NCBI GenBank assembly: GCA_965235115.1
Contig: OZ249436.1
Span: 26,228,001 to 26,292,000, forward strand
Length of the DNA: 64,000 nt
Direction: 5' to 3'
Origin: Laetmonice hystrix
Lineage: Eukaryota
The notes under the pieces were generated by a model. It made no database searches, was not told the origin of the DNA, and saw nothing but the letters and a program-made list of their open reading frames with translations. Both the position numbers and the translations under genes were made by a program. Shown here in pieces: positions 12,883 through 22,970 of the stretch (its first letter is position 1; each line of letters begins with the position of its first letter).

Positions 12883-13467
12883 GGCACTCTCCCCTGGACA
12901 TTTGCCCCGGATATCTGCCCCCAGACATTAGCCCCCGTAGGACCTTTGCCTCCCTATAGGACATGAGCCCCCCCCCCCCCCCCCCCCCAGACATTCACCC
13001 GCCAGACATTAGCCCCCGTAGGAATTTTGCCCTCCTAGTACATCTGCCCTCCCAGACATTCACCCCCCAGACATTCACCCCCCCCCCCGAACATTAGCCC
13101 CTGTAGAACTTTTGGCCCTCTAGGACATCTGCCCCCCAGACATTCACCCCCGGAGATTGCATCCATGGAACTCGGATATTCCCCACACACCTGTGCCTGC
13201 GCGGAGGGGTTAGGACAGGGTTAGAGTAGAGTTAGAGTTAGGGTTAGGTTAGGGTCCTAGGGGGACAGAAGTACTCCGGGGGTTAATGTATGGGGCAGAT
13301 TTCCTAGAGGGACAGAAGTCCTACGGGGGTTAATGTATGGGGGCAGATTTCCTAGAGGGGCAGAAGTCCTACGGGGGCTAATGTCCGGGGGGTGAATGTC
13401 TGGGGGGGGGGAGATGTCCTAGAGGGGTAGGAGTTCTAGGGGGGCAAATGTCCGGGGGAGAATTGTC
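12883..13467. mobile_element. Foldback MITE made of gacatt..cccc subrepeats with a central ttaggg-like tract
   Basis: C-rich left half mirrors G-rich right half (ctcccctggacatttgcccc / ggggcaaatgtccgggggag). Confidence 0.7.
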
Positions 13468-13479
13468 CCCTTGCATTTG

Positions 13480-14040
13480 CATGCCCTCTTGCATTTGCAT
13501 AAGATGCGGCATCCCTTTTTGCAGCCACAGGAAAGCAGCTCCTGGTGCTTTTGCTTCTTCAGGAAGGGTTGTCCAGTTTGGATGGTACAGTCCGTCTCCA
13601 TTCTTCATCCATCCCCACGGCCAGGTAATAGGCGAAGAAAGCTCAGACCTGTGTGGAATCCTGTGTCTGACCCCATGTGCCCAGCTTGTTAGGCAGCTCT
13701 CCTGACGTGTTGCATAGTTAGACGGAATTGCTGCTGGGGTGGTGATATCTTCTTTGGGAACATTCTTTTATGGTTTCATTGACATAAGTGAAGTGCAGCT
13801 GTACATGAGTATGACAAATCTAGCTGGTACTCATACTAGACACAGGATTCTGCACCTGAGCTTCCTTCGCCTCTTACCTTGGGATGGATGAAGAGTGGAG
13901 AGTTAGACGGACTGCACCATCCAAACTGGACAACACTTCCTGAAGAAGCAAAAGCATGAGCTACTTTGCTGTGGCCCGTATCTATGCAAATGCAAGAGGG
14001 CTGCTCTGCAATGCTTCTTTATGTGGAGGAGAGTGCTCAG
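13480..14040. pseudogene. Academ-type transposase C-terminal remnant, present twice in inverted orientation
   Basis: Minus 13825-13480: RFVILMY..QHVRRAA*QAGH..SP..WGWMK..GLYHPNWTTLPE..ELLSCGCKKGC..LCKCKRA (frameshifted). Plus 13838-14040 carries the same segment through ..CKCKRAALQC..CGGEC. Confidence 0.7.
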
Positions 14041-14525
14041 AGAACTGACTATGTCTATGATGTCCTTCTTTCTCATAAGAAAGTACACTATCATAAATTA
14101 TGGCGTGAATTTTTCATTCTCAGAAGTAAAATACATACTTACACAGTCGTGCCCAAAGCATACTAATCACAGAATAAATTTATACTTCTGCAGCAGCAGA
14201 TGACATGATAAACAATACATTAAAAGACGCATTTAGAGTGTTTTCTAATTCCTTTGAAAAAACTATTTGGTTCTGTATGATTTTACGTTTCTGTATTGAC
14301 TGTGTCTCAAAATACTATTCCTAAGTCTTTTCGACACCTCCTTGCACTTTAATCAATGGTCGGAGTCACCCTGTAGCTTGTGATACCAAGCAGTTATGTT
14401 ATTGCCCTAACTGGTGCCTAGCCTCAAAAAAAGGAGTTCCTGATGCCTCTTTATCTAAAAAAAACACAGCTGCGTCATCTAAGCTCCGTTGCTAGGCAAT
14501 AGTAAGATATGAATGTGCACAGTGA

Positions 14526-14823
14526 CAGTGGCGGATCGGGGGGGGGGGGGGTTCAGGGGGTCCGCACCCCCTCGCCTCAAGTGCCCTTTTCTCTCCCCAC
14601 AAGTGCCTTTTTTATTTTACGAAAGTATTTAAAATTTAAATGTCCAATTGTCTAGGCTTATTATAACCTTAAAGGCTGGTCTATATCGCGTATTTGGCAC
14701 TGTAATTTTAATTTTTTTCTGGGGGAGGACCCCCAGACCCCCTCCCCCCATAGATGGCTTCGTGCCTTCGGTGCTCGCATCATGGAGGACACCCCCTTCA
14801 CCAAATTCCTGGATCCACCCCTG
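14526..14823. mobile_element. CAGGGGCGGATC-family MITE (hAT-like)
   Basis: cagtggcggatc...ggatccacccctg termini; relatives at 53822-54104 and fragments at 31060, 38693, 39481. Confidence 0.65.
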
Positions 14824-16784
14824 ACTGTCCCCACACTCAGAAATTTCTAACTATGGCTTGTTGATATGTGCATAGGCCTATATGCCACTTTTATTTGACT
14901 GTCTAGGCTACTCACTGGGGGGGGGGGGGGGTTGAGAAAGTGCCCTTTTTCCATAGCACCTCCCCCCGCCCCGTCTTAAAAATCCTGAGTGAGTGAGACA
15001 CTGGACATCGTTTTAGTCTGGTTTCTCTGCTTAAAGCTACATTTATTAGGTTGGGGTAATGAACAGTAAGACACTGGACATCGTCTTGTTATGATTTCTC
15101 TACTGAAAGCTACATTTATCAGGATGGGGTAGCCCGTTGCTAAGGAGGTCTCACACCCAAGATCTGTTGCTAGGCAACGGGCTGGTATTATGGAATAATT
15201 GATGTTACCATGTTAACCCATGATATGACTTTAGTGTGGGTAGGTGTGTTTCTTTATCTCCTTGGAACCATATGAGGCCAGTTGCTAACCATGTTACTGT
15301 TGCTAGGCAACAAAACGCTAAAACAGGCCTCACAGGCAGGATCCAGGATGCCTCCCTATCTTAAAATAAAGAGTATCGTCCCAGGTTACTCTGTGAAAAT
15401 TCTCATGCTTTTATCACAAAATGCACAATTGTTCTGTATATTTGGTCTTAACTGCCCCACTATATAGCAACTACCACATACTGGGTAAAAATGACCCATG
15501 CGTTTGGGTCAACACTGTGACCACATGAGTTGGGTCAGTAGTTTAACCCAATTTTTGGTTCAATGAAGGCAAGCAACGCGTTTTTGGGTCATTTTTTACT
15601 ACGCAACTTGGGTCATTTGGTTATCCAGGGTATACCCAAATATTGGGTCAACTGTATAAATGATACAACCCGTTCAATGGGAAAATAAATCAAGACAATT
15701 TTATTTCAAGAAAATTACAATTCAATCACTTAGCTCGTAGTCTAGTCCACCTGGTCTACTTACCATCCTTCATCCCTATTTGGGAAATTGCAGGGTTCCT
15801 ATCCTACATTGCGATTTACTTTAACAAAAGTATCCCATTTTAACACCAATATACAGAAGAAAATACACTAGCCTATATTAGCTCTACCGCCTCATATCCT
15901 CGAGTAGCATATGGTACAAAGTAAAAAAGTCAGTTGTGCCAAGTAAATTATTACACCAAAGCGTCGGTCCTTACCAAGTAGAGAATTGCCACAGTCTTTC
16001 TGTGTGTGTGATCCCCAATAATTGAGCTTAACTAATAATACTTAAATAGCTGGTCTAATACAGTAACCTTACTGAGAGAAGTCTAATAGTGACCAGCATT
16101 TTCCATTAGGCTTCCGGTCGGTACACATGCATGGAAAACTACCTCAATTTAAAGGTTCTAGTACGAAAGTAGTTGTGTGAGGTAAATCAGTACACAAAAG
16201 CATTAGTCTTTATACCAAGAGAACTGTCACAGTCTTCCTGTGATACCCAATAAATGTACAAATACTTAACTGGAATAATACAGTTACCTTACAGTCAATA
16301 TTAAGTCTAATGGAGACCCATCATTTGAGAATTGTCACACTCTTCCTGTGATACCCAATAAATGTACAAATACTTAACTGGACTAATACACTTACCGTAC
16401 GTTACAGTCAATATTAAGTCTAATGGTGAACCATCATTTGAGAATTATCACAGTCTTCCTGTGATACCCAACACATACAAGTACATACATGTACTTAACT
16501 AGACCAATACAGTAACCTTACCCAAGTCGAATGGGGATCCACCATTTCCGTTCGGCTTCCAGTCGGTACACAATGACATCAAATCGTAAAGGTCCTAGTC
16601 ACTCCATATAGGTCCCCAACGCACAACAGTCGCAGTGATTCTGTGACCATGTAGTAGTTCTATTTACGGGTCTGCAAACATGACCATCTGGTCATGGATG
16701 GCCATCTTTTACATTTACACAGTGTCCTCTGGAAATTAGCATGCACTGTAGTGTAGGTGCCAGGCATGAAATAACTTCTTAAGG

Positions 16785-18798
16785 ATTTCATTAGAGGCTT
16801 ATGCCCTCATCCATCACATAAACCATACACTGTAGGAACTGCCACACAGTGGAACATTTTGTTGTGTAGTGGAGGTCCAGTACATAAAACATCTTAAATG
16901 TCAGGTCCACAGCCTGTTGTGCACTCCTACATTTGATCGCCTTTTCCTCTAACTACAGAAAATACCTCACTTGGAACAACATCCTTGATCATCCATACAT
17001 GTGGCTGAGGCTCTTCAGATGTCATCGAATAGTGCTGTACACTAGATCCAGCCTGAAAACAAATGTGTCCGAACTATTTTAGTGATTTCAGTCACACCCA
17101 ACTTTTCACCCTTTCATTCCCAATCACCAAATTCACCGCTTTTACTTCAAATGCCTACAGACTGCCATTTCAAATACAGTGTACATTTGTACAGGTATAT
17201 ATTCAAAACCAAAGCCTATTTCCATATTCTAAAAACAAAAATTATATATCCGACCCGCACTCTTACCTCTTAAATCTCTCCTGTAGCCAGTGTAGTTTCA
17301 CAGTCTTGCCACCTTTGTTAAACGGCGATGTTGGGAGCAAACGCGGCAGAAGTAGGAGAGACAGGGTGCACTCTTCATTTGCAAAGATTCCACTAAACCT
17401 TTAAAATAACAAAATTTATTTTCGTATTGTCAATAAAAGTTGAGGAATTTCTGAGATACTGTTTTTTTTAATGTTTTGGAAATCCATTCATTTTTGAACA
17501 ATTGTCCCATGAGGCGTTAAATGCTTAAATGAAAGAGGCTCTACGGCAGACATTTGGATCTTACGTCCGACGTTTTCTTTTTAATGAAATATTTTCCCCC
17601 GTATTCAGCATTTATATAGGGCCTGGAACTGGAAGATGGAAGAAGGGGAAACCTAGTCAGAAGTGGTTGGTAAAATACTGATAGGGTTGTGGTAGCCCCC
17701 CCCCCCCATTTTAAAATATTTATTTTAATAGGACTTCCCTGATGTTCCACCAACCTTCCATATATTGGCCTAGGTACCAAAATGGGGGGGGGGCTACAAC
17801 AACCCTATGGCCTATCTTACCAGCAACCAGCTCTGATTAGGCCTCCCCTTCCTCCAAGTTCCAACCTGAATATATATCTTCCCTTATTTATTAATAATAG
17901 GGCCTACTTTTGGTCTATGTGGCGCTTTTATCACAGAATAGGTCTCCAGACCTCCCCAAAAACTTATCTCAACTGCTAGATCTATCCCTTCCCCTCTTTT
18001 TATAACGAGATCTAGGCCTATTTATAATGTACACGTCGAAATGGTCGATGTGGAGGAGTGCACTGAACATGTACACACTGCCACTGGCACAGTGAGCCAG
18101 CCAGTGCGTTTGATGTGACGTCACAATGTGTGGCCACAACCATCGCTGGTTGTGACGTTGATCATTGTTACCTATTTGTGACGTTTAGAACGTTTTGAAG
18201 TTATATTTGAACAAGGAGTCGGTTAGGTTACAGTTCTATGGTCGGCCAAAGAAAGCTATCGCGAGGGGGGAGGTTCTCTGACCTGGCGGATGCAAAGGGG
18301 GAAGGGGGCAAAGGGGATGAACATGCTTCCCGTCATTGCCCCCACCCCACCTAAACTAACGTTAGAGTCTAACTGAAATTTCTGCACCCCCCCCCCCAAC
18401 TACTGTGTAAATATTTCCGGATTCCCCTCTGCCCCTTGTTTGTCTAACTCTAAGACTAAGTTAGATCTATCTACTCTGTCTCATGGCCTCTCAGCTTTGG
18501 CTCTGGGCAAAATAGCCGGTTATAATCAGAGCAAAGGACGTAGACGTAGGCCTAGATCACTCGCAGTTCTGAATTAAATTTTACAGTCATATCATTCGTA
18601 CACTCCATGTCAAAAGCTTAAGTTAAACTAGATCTACTTACCAATGAAAGATTTTATGACGCTCTCCAGGCCCCAAGATTTTAAAAGAGCCTCCACAGTG
18701 TCCTCTGTCTCTGATACCGGCGCTGAAGACGCCAAGGTGCCTTCACTGGCTTCATACAAGTTGTCTTGGCTTGGACTGGGACTGCCGCAACACGCCAT
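16785..18798 (-). pseudogene. Mirror copy of the EnSpm accessory gene in copy 1
   Basis: Reverse complement of 19564-21560; exon-2 acceptor mutated AG to AA at 17379. Confidence 0.6.
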
Positions 18799-19195
18799 AG
18801 GCTACCTCTGCGCACTGTGCCACTGTCAGTGTCAATGCCTTCTTCGCGCGGAATCGCGTGGTTTGCATAAACTATGATTGGCTGAATTGTTGACCCAAGG
18901 TTGGGTTATAATCTACTCTGTGTTTGTGTAAAGCTTGACTCAAACTTTTCAACAACATGCCTTTTTCCCGCCAAACGGAATCACGTGGTTTGCCGAATGA
19001 ACTATGATTGGCTGAATTGTTGACCCAAGGTTGGGTCATATCTACTCTCTGTTTGTGTAATTTAGGACTTGACTCAAACTTGGGTTGTTCTGACCCAAAA
19101 TTAACCCAAAGAATGACCCAAATTGTTGACCCAGCAATTGGGTTATGATTCTGACCCAGCTAATTTTAGAGTGTACTTCACCTGCGATCCGGCTG

Positions 19196-22100
19196 CACTC
19201 TAAAATTGGCTGGGTCAGAATCATAACCCAATTGCTGGGTCAACAATTTGGGTCATTCTTTGGGTTAATTTTGGGTCAGAACAACCCAAGTTTGAGTCAA
19301 GTCCTATTACACAAACAGAGAGTAGATAATATGACCCAACCTTGGGTCAACAATTCAGCCAATCATAGTTCATTTGGCAAACCACGTGATTCCGTTTGGC
19401 GGGAAAAAGGCATGTTGTTGAAAAGTTTGAGTCAAGCTTTACACAAACACAGAGTAGATTATAACCCAACCTTGGGTCAACAATTCAGCCAATCATAGTT
19501 TATTTGGCAAACCATGCGATTCCGCGCGAAGAAGGCATTGACAGTGGCACAGTGCGCAGAGGTATGGCGTGTTGCGGCAGTCCCAGTCCAAGCCAAGACA
19601 ACTTGTATGAAGCCAGTGAAGGCACCTTGGCGTCTTCAGAGCCGGTATCAGAGACAGAGGACACTGTGGAGGCTCTTTTAAAATCTTGGGGCCTGGAGAG
19701 CGTCATAAAATCTTTCATTGGTAAGTAGATCTAGTTTAAGCTTTTGACATGGAGTGTGTATGAATGATATGACTGTAAAATTTAATTCAGAACTGCGAGT
19801 GATCTAGGCCTACGTCTACGTCCTTTGCTCTGATTATAACCGGCTATTTTGCCCAGAGCCAAAGCTGAGAGGCCATGAGGCAGAGTAGATAGATCTAACT
19901 TAGTCTTAGAGTTAGACAAACAAGGGGCAGAGGGGAATCCGGAAATATTTACACAGTTGGGGGGGGGGGTGCAGAAATTTCAGTTAGACTCTAACGTTAG
20001 TCTAGGTGGGGTGGGGGCAATGACGGGAAGCATGTTCATCCCCTTTGCCCCCTTCCCCCTTTGCATCCGCCAGGTCAGAGAACCTCCCCCCTCGCGATAG
20101 CTTTCTTTGGCCGACCTAACCGACTCCTTGTTCAAATATAACTTCAAAACGTTCTAAACGTCACAAATAACAATGATCAACGTCACAACCAGCGATGGTT
20201 GTGGCCACACATTGTGACGTCACATCAAACGCACTGGCTGGCTCACTGTGCCAGGGCAGTGGCAGTGTGTATGTTCAGTGCACTCCTCCACATCGACCAT
20301 TTCGACGTGTACATTATAAATAGGCCTAGATCTCGTTATAAAAAGAGGGGAAGGGATAGATCTAGCAGTTGAGATACGTTTTTGGGGAGGTCTGGAGACC
20401 TATTCTGTGATAAAAGCGCCACATAGACCAAAAGTAGGCCCTATTATTAATAAATAAGGGAAGATATATATTCAGGTTGGAACTTGGAGGAAGGGGAGGC
20501 CTAATCAGAGCTGGTTGCTGGTAAGATAGGTCATAGGGTTGTTGTAGCCCCCCCCCCCCCCCCAGTTTGGTACCTAGGCCAATATATGGAAGGTTGGTGG
20601 AACATCAGGGAAGTCCTATTAAAATAAATATTTTAAAATGGGGGGGGGGGGGGGGGGGCTACCACAACCCTATCAGTATTTTACCAACCACTTCTGACTA
20701 GGTTTCCCCTTCTTCCATCTTCCAGTTCCAGGCCCTATATAAATGCTGAATACGGGGGGAAATATTTCATTAAAAAGAAAACGTCGGACGTAAGATCCAA
20801 ATGTCTGCCGTAGAGCCTCTTTCATTTAAGCATTTAACGCCTCATGGGACAATTGTTCAAAAATGAATGGATTTCCAAAACATTAAAAAAACCAGTATCT
20901 CAGAAATTCCTCAACTTTTATTGACAATACGAAAATAAATTTTGTTATTTTAAAGGTTTAGTGGAATCTTTGCAGATGAAGAGTGCACCCTGTCTCTCCT
21001 ACTTCTGCCGCGTTTGCTCCCAACATCGCCGTTTAACAAAGGTGGCAAGACTGTGAAACTACACTGGCTACAGGAGAGATTTAAGAGGTAAGAGTGCGGG
21101 TCGGGTATAATTTTTGTTTTTAGAATATGGAAATAGGCTTTGGTTTTGAATATATACCTGTACAAATGTACACTGTGTTTGAAATGGCAGTCTGTAGGCA
21201 TTTGAAGTAAAAGCGGTGAATTTGGTGATTGGGAATGAAAGGGTGAAAAGTTGGGTGTGACTGAAATCACTAAAATAGTTCGGACACATTTGTTTTCAGG
21301 CTGGATCTAGTGTACAGCACTATTCGATGACATCTGAAGAGCCTCAGCCACATGTATGGATGATCAAGGATGTTGTTCCAAGTGAGGTATTTTCTGTAGT
21401 TAGAGGAAAAGACGATCAAATGTAGGAGTGCACAACAGGCTGTGGACCTGACATTTAAGATGTTTTATGTACTGGACCTCCACTACACAACAAAATGTTC
21501 CACTGTGTGGCAGTTCCTACAGTGTATGGCTTATGTGATGGATGAGGGCATAAGCCTCTAATGAAATCCTTAAGAAGTTATTTCATGCCTGGCACCTACA
21601 CTACAGTGCATGTTAATAACCAGAGGACACTGTGTAAATGTAAAAGATGGCCATCCATGACCAGATGGTCATGTTTGCAGACCCGTAAATAGAACTACTA
21701 CATGGTCACAGAATCACTGCGACTGTTGTGCGTTGAGGACCTATATGGAGTGACTAGGACCTTTACGATTTGATGTCATTGTGTACCGACTGGAAGCCGA
21801 ACGGAAATGGTGGATCCCCATTCGACTTGGGTAAGGTTACTGTATTGGTCTAGTTAAGTACATGTATGTACTTGTATGTGTTGGGTATCACAGGAAGACT
21901 GTGACAATTCTCAAATGATGGTTCACCATTAGACTTAATATTGACTGTAACGTACGGTAAGTGCTACAGGTAATGTCCAGTTAAGTATTTGTACATTTAT
22001 TGGGTATCACAGGAAGACCGACAATTCTCAAATGATGGGTCTCCATTAGACTTAATATTGACTGTAAGGTAACTGTATTAGTCCAGTTAAGTATTTGTAC

Positions 22101-22957
22101 ATTTATTGGGTATCACAGGAAGACTGTGACAGTTCTCTTGGTATAAGGACTAATGCTTTTGTGTACTGATTTACCTCACACAACTACTTTCGTACTAGAA
22201 CCTTTAAATTGAGGTAGTTTTCCATGCATGTGTACCGACCGGAAGCCTAATGGAAAATGCTGGTCACCATTAGACTTCTCTCAGTAAGGTTACTGTATTA
22301 GACCAGCTATTTAAGTATTATTAGTTAAGCTCAATTATTGGGGATCACACACACACAGAAAGACTGTGGCAATTCTCTACTTGGTAACGACCGACGCTTT
22401 GGTGTAATAATTTACTTGGCACAACTGACTTTTTTACTTTGTACCATATGCTACTCGAGGATATGAGGCGGTAGAGCTAATATAGTGTATTTTCTTCTGT
22501 ATATTGGTGTTAAAATGGGATACTTTTGTTAAAGTAAATCGCAATGTAGGATAGGAACCCTGCAATTTCCCAAATAGGGATGAAGGATGGTAAGTAGACT
22601 AGGTGGACTAGACTACGAGCTAAGTGATTGAATTGTAATTTTCTTGAAATAAAATTGTCTTGATTTATTTTCCCATTGAACGGGTTGTATCATTTATACA
22701 GTTGACCCAATATTTGGGTATACCCTGGATAACCAAATGACCCAAGTTGCGTAGTAAAAAATGACCCAAAAACGCGTTGCTTGCCTTCATTGAACCAAAA
22801 ATTGGGTTAAACTACTGACCCAACTCATGTGGTCACAGTGTTGACCCAAACGCATGGGTCATTTTTACCCAGTATGTGGTAGTTGCTATAGTGACCCAGC
22901 AAATAGTAAAATTTTGACCCCATTTGGGTTAAAAATAACCCAGTCGAATTTAGAGTG
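19196..22957 (+). mobile_element. EnSpm/CACTA-type element, copy 2 (uninterrupted, 3.76 kb, no transposase seen)
   Basis: Termini CACTCTAAAATTGG...CGAATTTAGAGTG, 2-bp TSD TG/TG, subterminal tgaccca repeats, internal ~118-bp tandem repeats at 21830-22330. Confidence 0.88.
19564..21560 (+). pseudogene. EnSpm accessory gene (SAM/SAMD3-like), three exons, degenerate C-terminus
   Basis: Exon 19564-19720 (MACCGS...TVEALLKSWGLESVIKSFI|gtaagt); exon 20976-21087 (DEECTLSLLLLPRLLPTSPFNKGGKTVK); exon from 21300 with PQPHV and, after a frameshift, YFL*LEEKTIKCRSAQQAVDLTFKMFYVLDLHYTTKCSTVWQFLQ. Confidence 0.65.
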
Positions 22958-22970
22958 TGGATAAAACATA

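Larger units (their letters stand above)
10525..15462. mobile_element. Non-autonomous Academ-type element with ~390-bp TIRs, nested in EnSpm copy 1
   Basis: Termini TAGTGGGGC...GCCCCACTA; 3-bp TAT duplication (the empty site cac-tata-gc is visible in EnSpm copy 2); 10546-10919 is the inverse of 15058-15430; carries a Cys-rich transposase tail remnant. Confidence 0.8.
10455..19173 (-). mobile_element. EnSpm/CACTA-type element, copy 1 (inverted; split by a nested Academ insertion)
   Basis: Termini CACTCTAAA...TTTAGAGTG, 2-bp TSD TA/TA, dense subterminal tgacccaa/ttgggtca repeats. 10455-10524 plus 15463-19173 is the reverse complement of 19196-22957. Confidence 0.85.

Noticed and set aside
13205..13256. 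Telomere-like ttaggg repeats
   Set aside because: Only a few degenerate units at the centre of a MITE; not a telomere.
19180..19192. Palindrome loop reads cag|CCGGATCGCAG|gtgaag on minus, resembling the end of calmodulin exon 2 (..IA)
   Set aside because: The real exon 2 (5676-5718) and ATG exon (9089-9091) were found and the donor here is weak; likely coincidence.
15463..22890. Palindrome as an assembly fold-back artefact
   Set aside because: The arms have different TSDs, distinct indels and a nested insertion in only one copy, so an artefact is unlikely, though read-level confirmation is still needed.
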